Positions 1-9,147 are shown, counted from the stretch's first letter. The stretch: 64,000 nucleotides of DNA from a bacterium (GCA_965204535.1 OZ241996.1:1184001-1248000); one strand, 5' to 3'. Numbers and translations are program-made. Notes: a model not told the origin generated them from the letters alone.

Positions 1-469
1 CAGGCGTTCTGAACAGCCCCAAAGGCAAACCGAGTGTTGGAGCAAAGTTGCTGAAATCATTGCTGGGAACAAAATAAGCCTAAGGATAAGTCAGCTTTTG
101 GGCGCTCACCTTTCGGCCCCAAAACCCTGAAAATGTCGGAGATGCTCAATAAGCCCGCCTTTGCTCGTCGGTGAAGAATTTCGAAGATCGGGAACCATTC
201 GCCGCTTGAGGGTCGGTCGGGGTTCTATTGCAGCGCGACCTGTCCCTGCCACTTGACAGATTCCGGTATCGCAATCAGGATATTCTTCGCCACATAACCT
301 ATGGATTGACCTGCTGGCTTGGTCGCCCGCGGAATACAACACCGCTTCCTCGCGGGAAGATGCGGCAACCTGCCATCAATCCTTGAGTAGTGTGGCAAAC
401 GGCCCGAGCAAGCGTCGGGACGACCGAGAGTCATTTGTTCACTCTTTTTGTCATGGGAGAAACACGGAT

Positions 470-1738
470 ATGCTCAAAAACATTCTGTCAATTTTATTGG
501 CAACTACTCTTCTTTTCGCTTGCGGTGGAGGGGGAAGCGGGAAAAACCCTCAGCAGCCTCCTGCAGCCATGCTGCCTCAGCAGCCTCCCGCAGCCATGCT
601 GGGAAACTCTAACCTTCCCAGTGCAACTCGTGTCTATGACTACCTCTACATTCACGGGAGCGGCGAGCCGTTTGAAGGATTTGACGGTACGTACCAAGTA
701 CCGCCAGGCCTCCGGCGCTTCGCGTCCCCGCCGACCGTGCGGATGCGGGCCGGCATGTCCGATCGTGAGACCGCAATCGCTCATTACGCCGTCGCCCTGA
801 TCAACCGCGCACTGCCCTACGATCATCATCTACGGCTTGGCCCGGATTTTCCTGACGACTATGCCCATGAACCCGGCACGTTCTTCCGAGCCGCGCCGAG
901 CGGCGAACTGTTCATAGAGTTGACGGAAGGCCTGCAGAACACCGACGGGGCACCGGGGTTCGCCAACTTGGACGGCACCGCGCAGAGCCGAACCGCCGCC
1001 CAGGTCGGGCTGAAAGCCGAAGAGTTCCGCAATCGGCCGGACTGGCAGGCCGTGTCCGTCGTCGTGCACGAACTCCTGCACGCGCTCGGCTTGGAAGCGC
1101 ACGTGCCCGGTGACACCTACCCGGACTCAAGCATGTTCGACGCATGGTTCCGCCTCGACGGGTCCCTGCCCGACATCGATGCAGCTGCTCTGCAAGTGCT
1201 CTATCTTCGGCTGGGGGCGTTTACGCCTCCCGAGAACCTGTCACCAACGATGCTCGGCGCATGGGATGATGAAAGCACCGATATCACGGGCGTCCTTGGC
1301 CCTGTTTCCTTCGGCGTGCGCCATGCGAACGACGTCAGCGTACCGTTTACCGCCGGACCTGAACCATCAACGCCGCTTGCGGAGGGCGGCTTGTCCGGAA
1401 CAGTAACTTGGCACGGGAAGTTGCTCGGATTGACGCCGGAACTGCGGACTGTGGCGGGAGACAGTGCAATTGGAGTGGACCTGAATACCATGAATGGCAC
1501 CGCCAGCTTTACAAATCTGAAATTGTTTTCTGCCTTAGTCGTACCAACACCTGAAGGGGGAACGATGTGGGGCGACGGCACACTTGATTACGATATCCGC
1601 GTTGGGAGCAATTACCTGTATTCGACCGGCGGTGATGCTGGCGTGGTATCGGGGTCGTTTTACGGCGACGATTACGGCTATGTTGGTGGCACGGTCGAGC
1701 GTTCGGACCTTACAGCCGCGTTTGGAGGAAAACGATAA
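470..1738 (+). CDS. Surface lipoprotein with zinc-metallopeptidase (metzincin-like) domain and C-terminal TbpB-like beta-barrel
   Basis: ATG at 470 gives signal peptide and lipobox LLFA-C followed by GGGGSG; HELLHALGLEAH zinc motif; Gly-rich beta-strand C-terminus (GSFYG..GGTVER..AAFGGKR). Confidence 0.7.
   Translation: MLKNILSILLATTLLFACGGGGSGKNPQQPPAAMLPQQPPAAMLGNSNLPSATRVYDYLYIHGSGEPFEGFDGTYQVPPGLRRFASPPTVRMRAGMSDRETAIAHYAVALINRALPYDHHLRLGPDFPDDYAHEPGTFFRAAPSGELFIELTEGLQNTDGAPGFANLDGTAQSRTAAQVGLKAEEFRNRPDWQAVSVVVHELLHALGLEAHVPGDTYPDSSMFDAWFRLDGSLPDIDAAALQVLYLRLGAFTPPENLSPTMLGAWDDESTDITGVLGPVSFGVRHANDVSVPFTAGPEPSTPLAEGGLSGTVTWHGKLLGLTPELRTVAGDSAIGVDLNTMNGTASFTNLKLFSALVVPTPEGGTMWGDGTLDYDIRVGSNYLYSTGGDAGVVSGSFYGDDYGYVGGTVERSDLTAAFGGKR
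548..601 (+). repeat. 27-bp tandem duplication in CDS (PQQPPAAML x2)
   Basis: cctcagcagcctcc(t/c)gcagccatgctg twice, one mismatch. Confidence 0.9.
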
Positions 1739-1989
1739 ACCGATAAGTTGTTTGAATAAAGGCAGAGAACTCCGAAGGGATGAAACATCGTGGAATGATA
1801 TAGTCAAGAGACTCAGGAAAGAATATCCCAAAAGGGAGATGATTTAGCCTATTATCCGCCAGGGTAAATGTTTGCGGCGTTGAGTTTATAAATCCTCAAA
1901 AGAGCTCTCCCGTTTCTTCAAATCCGTTCACCCAGAGCCGAACCTGACCGGTGAGGGGGGATGCGGACGAGGGATCGCGCCTTTTGCAG

Positions 1990-2012
1990 GGACAGGTCGC
2001 GACCTGTCCTAC
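1990..2012 (-). repeat. GTAG-type REP palindrome
   Basis: ggacaggtcgcgacctgtcc perfect palindrome followed by tac (GTAG on minus strand); near-identical arm at 7956-7975. Confidence 0.75.
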
Positions 2013-2080
2013 GGATTCGTTTGGTTCGCAGAATTCCGTTGGGGCGGAACCGCGTGTCCACCCGCATTGCGTTTTTGCTC

Positions 2081-2106
2081 GTCATTCCGGCATGCGCCGG
2101 AATGAC
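2081..2106. repeat. Extragenic hairpin (GTCATTCC-type REP-like)
   Basis: gtcattccggc-atgc-gccggaatgac, 11-bp stem. Confidence 0.65.
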
Positions 2107-2412
2107 GGTGGTGTCTCTGCGTGGATTAGAATTGCTCTGCCATGGTCGCCAGTTCTCTCCTCAGCCGCCAACCCCTTCCTCCCCGGTCGGCAAGCGCTCC
2201 CTCCCCAATCACGTCAAACACTCATTCATCAATCGTGTTCGACCACAAAAAAAGAGGTTGACAGAAAGGCCGTTTGGCGTTTATTCAAAATATATGAAAT
2301 GTTGTATTTCGAGTTCGGTATTCGCCCGCTGCACGAGGCCATGAACGAGTCGCAAGCAAGAACGCCCGTCGAACGATCATCCCCTTTGGATACCGCATCG
2401 GAGGATGAGGTC

Positions 2413-2769
2413 ATGGATACATCTACCGCGCAAAACAGTTCCGCCGCTTCGGGCGCCGCCGGGATTCTCCGCGACGTTTTCGGCGGTCTGGACTACGGGC
2501 TCAGCTTCCGCCTGTGGGACGGGACGACGCTCTCGGTGGGCCGCGAGGCGCTGGCCATCGAGGTGACGTTCCCCTCGCTCGACGCCTTCAAGCGCGTCAT
2601 GCTGAACCCCAGCGCGGACGCCTTCGCGGAAGCCTATTGCGATTCGGTCATCGACGTCGAGGGCGATCTGTTCGAAGTCATGAAGGTGGCCGACAGCATG
2701 GAGGCGGTCGAATTGGGCACGATTCAGAAATTCAAGATCGCCCTGCGCATCTGGAAACTCGCAGAATGA
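2413..2769 (+). CDS. Stand-alone N-terminal domain of cyclopropane-fatty-acyl-phospholipid synthase family
   Basis: FRLWDG and AEAYCD..IDVEGDL motifs typical of CFA synthase N-domain; gagg RBS before ATG 2413; ATGA overlap with next gene. Confidence 0.7.
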   Translation: MDTSTAQNSSAASGAAGILRDVFGGLDYGLSFRLWDGTTLSVGREALAIEVTFPSLDAFKRVMLNPSADAFAEAYCDSVIDVEGDLFEVMKVADSMEAVELGTIQKFKIALRIWKLAE

Positions 2770-3878
2770 GCGCGCCCGAAGTCATCGTCGTCGGAGGGGG
2801 CCCGGGGGGCAGCACGGCCGCTTGGGAACTCGCGAAGCGCGGCCGCCGCGTCCTCGTGCTCGATGCGGCCACCTTCCCGCGCGTGAAACTCTGCGCCGGC
2901 TGGGTGACGAAGCAGGTGATGGCCGACCTTAAGCTCGACCCGGATGAATATCCCCACACCATACAGCCGTTCCAGAGCGTGTTTGTGGGCTATGACGACA
3001 AGCTGCTCGAGACGAGGTGGAGCGAGCCCGCGAGCTACGGGATCATCAGGAGCCAGTTCGACACCTGGCTCCTGAGGCGCGCGCAGGAAGAGGGCGCAGA
3101 GGTGCGCGAGGGCGCCCGCGTCCGCGGCGTGGAGAAAATGGCGGACGGAATGAGGGTGGATACAGGTAATGAAAAAATAAATGTTCCCGTCGTCATCGGC
3201 GCGGGCGGACACACCTGCCCGGTCGCGAGGGCGTTCGGCGACGTTTCTTCGGAAGAATCGGTCGTCCTCACACAGGAGAGCGAGACGAACGTGGGCGCCG
3301 AGAAGCTCCGCGCCCTGGCGCCGAATTACGGTCTGCCCGAACTGTTCGCCGAGCCCGACTTCAAGGGCTATGCGTGGTATTTCACAAAGGGGGACTTTTT
3401 GAACATCGGCGTGGGCTGCATCGGCAAGAAGCCGAGCGTCCACGAACGCCTCGAAATCCTGCTCGAGAAATTCCGCGAGACGGGCAGGCTGCCCGCCGGG
3501 ATGGAGCTCACGAAATTCCGGGGCCACGCCTATTCGGTCCACCGCACGTATGTCCGGCGGCCCGCGGGCGATGGCTTCGCGCTCATCGGCGACGCCGCAG
3601 GGCTCGCCAAGGATTTCAGCGGAGAGGGTATCGGCCCCGCCGTCCATAGCGCCAGGATGGCGGCCGAGGCCGCGGTTCAGTATCTGGAGACCGGGAAGGG
3701 CCTCGCGGAATACGGCGAGGCGCTTTATGAGAAGTACGGAGGCGGCGGGGAAGGGTTGTTCGATAAATTGATCGATCGTCTTCCCGATAAGGTTCTTTTC
3801 GGCGTGGCGAAGTTCATCTGCGGTAACGCATGGCTCAGACGCCGGCTGGTTCTGGAAGGCGCATTCGGGATCGGATGA
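2766..3878 (+). CDS. Geranylgeranyl-reductase-family FAD/NAD(P)-dependent oxidoreductase
   Basis: VIVVGGGPGGS FAD fold, FPRVKLCAG, R..FD..L, GYAWYF.KG..NIGVG, IGDAAG...FSGEGI. Confidence 0.85.
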   Translation: MSAPEVIVVGGGPGGSTAAWELAKRGRRVLVLDAATFPRVKLCAGWVTKQVMADLKLDPDEYPHTIQPFQSVFVGYDDKLLETRWSEPASYGIIRSQFDTWLLRRAQEEGAEVREGARVRGVEKMADGMRVDTGNEKINVPVVIGAGGHTCPVARAFGDVSSEESVVLTQESETNVGAEKLRALAPNYGLPELFAEPDFKGYAWYFTKGDFLNIGVGCIGKKPSVHERLEILLEKFRETGRLPAGMELTKFRGHAYSVHRTYVRRPAGDGFALIGDAAGLAKDFSGEGIGPAVHSARMAAEAAVQYLETGKGLAEYGEALYEKYGGGGEGLFDKLIDRLPDKVLFGVAKFICGNAWLRRRLVLEGAFGIG

Positions 3879-3897
3879 ACAAAACATTGAGGCGGCC

Positions 3898-4815
3898 ATG
3901 GTAAAAGAGCGGACAAAAGAATTCGACGCCGAGGCGATATCGCACCACTACGACCTCTCCAACGAGTTTTACGAGCAGTTCCTGTGCGAGAACATGCTCT
4001 ACACGTGCGCCTATTACCGCGAACCGGACGGCGATCTCGCCCAGGCGCAGCGCGACAAGATGGACCTCGTCTGCCGGAAGCTCAGGCTCTCGCCCGGCGA
4101 GGATTACCTCGACATCGGCTGCGGGTGGGGTTCGCTGGCGATATGGGCGGCGAAGCACTACGGCGTGAACGCCACCGCCGTCACGCTCTCGCGCGAGCAG
4201 GCGAAATGGGGCCAGGAGTGGGCGCGCCGCGAGGGGGTCGAGGAGAAGTGCGAGATCCACCACATGGATTACCGCGATTTCCCGGAATCCCGGACGTTCA
4301 ACAAGATATCCGCCATCGGCATCATCGAGCACGTCGGCATCGCGAACTACCTGAGCTACTTCTCTTCCGTGAGAAACCGCCTGCGCGACGGGGGCTTGTT
4401 CCTGAACCACGGGATCACGACGAACAAGTTCTGGAAACCCACGAGCCAGAACGAATTCCTGCTGAGAAACGTCTTTCCCAACGGGGAGATGGACAACATC
4501 TCCCACATCCAGGACGTGATGGAGCTCGCGCGCTGGGAGATTCTGGACGTGGAGAATCTGAGGCTCCACTACGCGCGGACGTGCAAGCACTGGTACGAGA
4601 AATTCGAGGAGAACGCCGAGCGCATCAAGGAGCTGGTCGGCGAACGCACCTACCGGATCTACCGCGTCTGGCTGGTATGTTCGTCGAACGCGTTCTTCTG
4701 CAATTCGCTGGGTCTCTACCAGGTACTGGCGCAGAAATACGAGAAAGAATACCGCTTCGACCCGCCGACGCACCGCGAGGATATCTATCGAGCGTTCCTC
4801 AAGCAGGACGCCTGA
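3898..4815 (+). CDS. Cyclopropane-fatty-acyl-phospholipid synthase family SAM methyltransferase (catalytic domain only)
   Basis: ISHHYDLSNEFY, YTCAY, LDIGCGWG, EHVG, VFPNGE, LRLHYART motifs; lacks the usual N-domain. Confidence 0.9.
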   Translation: MVKERTKEFDAEAISHHYDLSNEFYEQFLCENMLYTCAYYREPDGDLAQAQRDKMDLVCRKLRLSPGEDYLDIGCGWGSLAIWAAKHYGVNATAVTLSREQAKWGQEWARREGVEEKCEIHHMDYRDFPESRTFNKISAIGIIEHVGIANYLSYFSSVRNRLRDGGLFLNHGITTNKFWKPTSQNEFLLRNVFPNGEMDNISHIQDVMELARWEILDVENLRLHYARTCKHWYEKFEENAERIKELVGERTYRIYRVWLVCSSNAFFCNSLGLYQVLAQKYEKEYRFDPPTHREDIYRAFLKQDA

Positions 4816-4833
4816 TCCGCGCCTCCGGGGAGA

Positions 4834-4987
4834 GGGGTTGTTGAAAAAGCGTTGATGAACGAGGATTTGAGTGACTTTGTAGGGGCCGCATATATGCGGC
4901 CCTTGTAATGGGCTAAAAATCTGGGTCGCATATATGCGACCCCTACACAAAAGCAGATTTTCTCTCTCCGGATATTTCAACAACCCC
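4834..4987. mobile_element. MITE with 13-bp terminal inverted repeats carrying an inverted GTAG-REP pair
   Basis: ggggttgttgaaa (4834-4846) / tttcaacaacccc (4975-4987); internal gtaggggccgcatatatgcggccc (4879-4902) and gggtcgcatatatgcgacccctac (4923-4946). Confidence 0.75.
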
Positions 4988-5073
4988 CACAAAGGCGTGT
5001 CTATCTTGCTCTTTCGTCGTTCTTGCCAAACCCCTGTTCATCCGACTTATGCAACATCTCCCTCACGCGCGGC

Positions 5074-6066
5074 ATGAGACTGAACGGTTCCGCGCCCACC
5101 CCGCCTTTCCGCCCGGCGTGGTTCTGTCGGGGGCGCCATCTCCAGAGCACATGGGGATATTGTTTGAGAAAACACCCGCGCGTCTCCTGGCGGCGGGAGC
5201 GCTGGGATACGCCCGACGGCGATTTCCTGGACGTCGATTTTCTCGATTCGGATCAACCGGACGCCCCGACGCTGCTCGTGCTGCACGGCCTGGAAGGTTC
5301 CGCCGATTCCCATTACGTGCGAGGTGCTGCGGGGAGGGCGCAATCGCTCGGCTGGCGGGCGCTGGCGATGAACTATCGCTCCTGCAGCGGCGAGCCGAAC
5401 AGGAATCCCAAATTCTACCACTGCGGGGAGACGGGGGACCCGGGATTCGTAGTGGCGCGGATTCTGGAGAGATTCACCGGGCCACTCGTTCTGGCGGGCT
5501 TCTCTCTGGGAGGGAACGTCCTGCTCAAGTGGTTGGGAGAATGCGGTGATGCGGTCTCGCCCCGCATACGTGGGGCCGCCAGTATTTCCCCAAGCTTGGG
5601 GCCCGCCGCGTGCGCGAAAGTGCTCGATTCCTTGACGGGTTATTTCTACAAATGGCATCTGCTGAGCAGCGTGAAGGAAAAAGCGGAGCGTTTCTCGAAA
5701 ATGCACCCCGGCCTCATCGACATCGAGGGGGTGAGGCGTGCGCGGACGTTCCACCGCTTCGACCGCCTCGTCATCGCGCCGCTCTATGGGTTCCGGGACG
5801 AGCTGGATTATTACGAGCAGGCGGACGCCTCACCCTATCTGCCCCGAATCCAAGTGAAGACGCTCATTCTCTCCGCCGAGAACGACCCCATCGTGCCGCC
5901 CCACGTGTTTCCCCGTCGAGAAATCGGGGAATCCGAGTGGCTGAGCGGCGTCTTGCTGAAAAGCGGCGGGCACGTGGGCTTCGTGTCGGGCGGCAACCCC
6001 CGCGCGCCGGTCTACTGGGCCGAGGAGCGGGCGTTCGAGTTTCTCGATGATTGTCTCAAAAGCTGA
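5074..6066 (+). CDS. YheT-family alpha/beta hydrolase
   Basis: HLQS, TPDGDFLD, LHGLEGS..S.Y, GFSLGGN nucleophile elbow, NDP, GGHVGF; start chosen at ATG 5074. Confidence 0.85.
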   Translation: MRLNGSAPTPPFRPAWFCRGRHLQSTWGYCLRKHPRVSWRRERWDTPDGDFLDVDFLDSDQPDAPTLLVLHGLEGSADSHYVRGAAGRAQSLGWRALAMNYRSCSGEPNRNPKFYHCGETGDPGFVVARILERFTGPLVLAGFSLGGNVLLKWLGECGDAVSPRIRGAASISPSLGPAACAKVLDSLTGYFYKWHLLSSVKEKAERFSKMHPGLIDIEGVRRARTFHRFDRLVIAPLYGFRDELDYYEQADASPYLPRIQVKTLILSAENDPIVPPHVFPRREIGESEWLSGVLLKSGGHVGFVSGGNPRAPVYWAEERAFEFLDDCLKS

Positions 6067-6140
6067 CGCGGGGGGGAGCTCTGATGCCGTGATTCGGTGC
6101 ATGGAGTTGACCGGGGAGGAGCCGCAGGCTCTCGCCTTGA

Positions 6141-6271
6141 CCCCCCCCTCCCCCTTGTCAGGGGGTAAAAAAAGAAAGCCCCCCTTGCCGAAGGCAAGAA
6201 AAAACAAAAGCCCCTCTACCGGCGGCGGGCGTCGCCTTTTCATACCCCCCTGACAAGGGGGGTAGGGGGGG
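6141..6271. repeat. Inverted pair of C/G-run palindromic repeats (ccccttgtcagggg type)
   Basis: 6141-6166 is the near reverse complement of 6245-6271; a third copy is split by the IS. Confidence 0.75.
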
Positions 6272-6316
6272 GTGCCTTTATCCCGTGAGGATAACTTTCT
6301 CAACAGCCCCCTTGTC

Positions 6317-7829
6317 GGGCCTGTTGAAAAACCCCTGGTTTTGTGATCGTATGGAGTTATCCCCCCTCGCCCGAGATGGGAGATTCCCCGATGTTGGACC
6401 GCAAGAGGCGCGGGCAGATGGAATTGTTCGTGGCCGGTTCGCTGGAGCAGTTGATTCCCGAAGATTACATATTGTTCCGGGTGAACCGCGTACTGGATTT
6501 GAGCTGGCTGCGCGAGGAAGTGGCGGGGTGCTATTGCGCGGACAACGGTCGACCGGGGATCGACCCGGAAGTGGTGGTGCGGTTGATGCTGGCGGGCCTG
6601 CTGCTGGGCCACGTGCACGACCGGCATCTGCTTCGCGAGGCGCAGGTGAACCTGGCGATCCGGTGGTTCATCGGTTACGAGCTGCACGAGGAGTTGCCGG
6701 ATCATTCAAGCCTGACGCGGATTCGCCAGCGCTGGGGGGAGGCGCGGTTCAAGGAGATATTGCGCCGCACGGTTCAGGCGTGCCTGGAGGCGCAGGTGGC
6801 GAAGGGGGAAGTGGTTCACATGGACGCGTCTTTGATACGTGCGGACGTGAGCTGGGAGAGTCTGGCGGCGCGCCACGCGGAGAAGGTGGTGCGGGAGAAC
6901 GACTCGGCGGATGAGACGGGGAAGAAGGGCGGCGGCGGTTCGGGTCCGGTGAGCCGAACGGACCCCGACGCTCGCCTGGCGCGCAAGAGCGCTCGGGCGG
7001 GGTTCGAGCCGAGCTACAAGCACCACGCGGTGGTGGACGACGAGCGGGGCGTTGTCCTCGACGTAGAGGTGACGGAGGGGACGTTGAACGAGCGGGAGAT
7101 GATGGAGCCGCAGCTGGATGCGGTTTGCGAGCTCACGGGTCGCGCGCCCGCGGTGGTGACGGCGGATAGTGGTTATGCGTATTCGAAGGTGTATGCGGGA
7201 TTGGAGCGTCGGGGGGTGGACGCGGTGATTCCGGCGAAGAAGGAGCCTTCCCAGAGCCGTGTTCCGCTGCAGTTGTTCCGCTACGACGAGCGGCGCAAGG
7301 TGGTGAAGTGTCCGGGCGGCAAGACGCTGCGTCCCCGGAAGGAGACGGAGCGGGGGCGCTACTATGGTTCGAGGACGCGCGATTGCGCGGGCTGCGCGCT
7401 GAGGTCGGATTGTCTTCCCAAGTCGCACACGAGCAGGACGGTGCTGATTCCGCATGAATATCCGGCGCTGTTGCGCGCGCGCCGCCGCCACGCGCGCCGG
7501 GGGGAGGAGGAGGGCCGGCTGTGGCGCCGCCACATGTCGCGTTCGGAGGGTTACCACGGCGAGGCGAAGAGTCGGCACGGACTGGGGCGGGCGGTGCGCC
7601 GGGGCCTTGCGAACATGAGGATCCAGGCCTACCTGACGGCGACTGCGGTGAACCTCAAGCGGCTGGCCGCCGCTTTTGCGGCGGGTATATTCGCTCTGTG
7701 GAGGGCCTGCGCCGCCCGGAGACGCCGAATGAGCGCATATCGCGGCCTCACGCGCCGATTGGGCTTCCTCTCCCAGGCCGCGTGAGCCGCCATACATCCC
7801 GCTTCAAAACGGGGTTTTTCAACAGCCCC
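6317..7829 (+). mobile_element. IS1182-family insertion sequence, 1513 bp
   Basis: 19-bp IRs gggcctgttgaaaaacccc / ggggtttttcaacagcccc (1 mismatch); 3-bp direct repeat GTC at 6314-6316 and 7830-7832. Confidence 0.9.
6391..7785 (+). CDS. IS1182-family DDE transposase
   Basis: GRPGIDP, PDHSSLTRIRQR, MDASLIRA, TDPDA, ADSGY, EAK..HGL.RA..RGL; open frame, ggag RBS before ATG 6391. Confidence 0.92.
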   Translation: MLDRKRRGQMELFVAGSLEQLIPEDYILFRVNRVLDLSWLREEVAGCYCADNGRPGIDPEVVVRLMLAGLLLGHVHDRHLLREAQVNLAIRWFIGYELHEELPDHSSLTRIRQRWGEARFKEILRRTVQACLEAQVAKGEVVHMDASLIRADVSWESLAARHAEKVVRENDSADETGKKGGGGSGPVSRTDPDARLARKSARAGFEPSYKHHAVVDDERGVVLDVEVTEGTLNEREMMEPQLDAVCELTGRAPAVVTADSGYAYSKVYAGLERRGVDAVIPAKKEPSQSRVPLQLFRYDERRKVVKCPGGKTLRPRKETERGRYYGSRTRDCAGCALRSDCLPKSHTSRTVLIPHEYPALLRARRRHARRGEEEGRLWRRHMSRSEGYHGEAKSRHGLGRAVRRGLANMRIQAYLTATAVNLKRLAAAFAAGIFALWRACAARRRRMSAYRGLTRRLGFLSQAA

Positions 7830-7927
7830 GTCAAGGGGGGAGTGATTTTACAAACCGAGGTGGAGCGGCAAACTCATTCGTCGGGGTTTTTTCAATAGCC
7901 CTCTTGAAGGTCGGTCGGGATCCCACC

Positions 7928-7975
7928 GTAGCGGACAGGCCTCTGCGCCTGTCCGAGGTCGCGACCTGTCCCTAC
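7928..7975. repeat. GTAG-REP doublet (one arm truncated)
   Basis: gtagcggacaggc-ctctgc-gcctgtccg then aggtcgcgacctgtccctac. Confidence 0.7.
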
Positions 7976-7999
7976 AAAACCATCACGCCCACCCGCGCT

Positions 8000-9094
8000 T
8001 CAGGCGTTTCTGTCGTATTCCCGGGATTGTAGTTTCTCGTGGCGCGCCGTCGCGCAACTGATGAGCCGGTCCAGCATTTCGGGGTAGGAGACGCCCGCCG
8101 CGCGGATCATGCGGGGGTACCCGCTCAACTGCGTGAAGCCGGGCAGGGTGTTCACCTCGTTGATGTAGAGCTCGCCCGTTCTCTCGCGGTAGAAAAAATC
8201 CACGCGGGCGAGTCCCGAACAGCCCAGCGAGCTGAAAGCGCCCCGCGCGTAGAGGCGGGTGTGGTCGGCCAAGGATTCCTCGACGGGTGCGGGGATGATC
8301 AACTCCGCGCGCCCCTCTTCGTACTTCGCCTCGTAGTCGTACCAGCCCGAACGCGTCGTGATCTCCATGATCGGACTCGCGAGGAATTCGCCCAAAGCGG
8401 GGCCTTCGAGCACGGAGCACTCGAGCTCGCGGCCCTGTGCGTGTTCCTCAATCAAGACCTTGCTGTCGAAACGGAAGGCGTCGGCAATCGCGTCGCCGAG
8501 TTCACCTGCGCTCTCCACCAGATGGACGCCGACGCTGCTGCCCGAAGAGGAAGGTTTGACGAAGAGGGGATAGCCGATCTTCGAAGCCGCCTCCTCGCAG
8601 AGGGCGTCGCGGTCTGCACCCCAAGTTTCTGGAAACAGCGTGAGCGCGGGAAGAACAGGCAGTCCCGCCGCGCGCAGCACCGCCTTGGCGACGGTCTTGT
8701 CCATCGTGATGGCCGAAGACGCGCACCCCGAGCCCACGAAGGGGACTTCAGCCAGCTCGAATAGGCCCTGCAGCGTGCCGTCTTCCCCGAAAGTGCCGTG
8801 GATGATGGGAAAGTATACGTCGATAGCGAAGTGCTCACCGCTCCCGGCGTACCGGAGCGGCACTTCACCCGGCGTGCCCGAAAAGAGAACTTCCTCGCCC
8901 GCATCTTCCGGCGCATCGGGGGCGGGGAGGGCGATCCATGCCCCCGATCTCGTGATGAGGATGGGATGAACGTCGTATTTCTCAGAATCGAGCTCCGCCA
9001 TGATGGCCCGGCCCGAGTTGCAACTCACCTCGTGCTCGGTCGATCTGCCGCCGAACACGACGCCGACGCTTGTCTTTCGGGGTGTAGACGCCAT
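8000..9094 (-). CDS. ddl: D-alanine--D-alanine ligase
   Basis: FGGRSTEHEVS, HGTFGEDG.LQG, MDK, FVKP..GSSVG, YDYEAKY, RVDFF, NEVNTLPGFT..SGYP. Confidence 0.95.
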   Translation of the reverse strand: MASTPRKTSVGVVFGGRSTEHEVSCNSGRAIMAELDSEKYDVHPILITRSGAWIALPAPDAPEDAGEEVLFSGTPGEVPLRYAGSGEHFAIDVYFPIIHGTFGEDGTLQGLFELAEVPFVGSGCASSAITMDKTVAKAVLRAAGLPVLPALTLFPETWGADRDALCEEAASKIGYPLFVKPSSSGSSVGVHLVESAGELGDAIADAFRFDSKVLIEEHAQGRELECSVLEGPALGEFLASPIMEITTRSGWYDYEAKYEEGRAELIIPAPVEESLADHTRLYARGAFSSLGCSGLARVDFFYRERTGELYINEVNTLPGFTQLSGYPRMIRAAGVSYPEMLDRLISCATARHEKLQSREYDRNA

Positions 9095-9147
9095 TTGCGG
9101 CGAATCCTTCCTCGGGGCGCGCGAAATGTTTCAGGTGGGCGTGGGGT

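Noticed and set aside
21-100. Resemblance to a c-di-GMP-I riboswitch (aaaggcaaacc...gg.gcaaag...cctaag...cagc)
   Set aside because: No GNRA-capped P2 stem, about 30 nt of extra spacing and about 370 nt from the next start; an Infernal search would be needed, so not called
106-434. Short minus-strand ORFs 106-342 and 225-434
   Set aside because: No recognisable motif or RBS; could be a gene remnant but unsupported
548-601. Tandem repeat as a possible CRISPR or VNTR system
   Set aside because: Only two adjacent in-frame copies, no spacers and no cas genes
1951-2412. N-terminal extension of ORF 1951-2769
   Set aside because: Runs through REP palindromes and promoter-like AT-rich DNA; family similarity starts near ATG 2413
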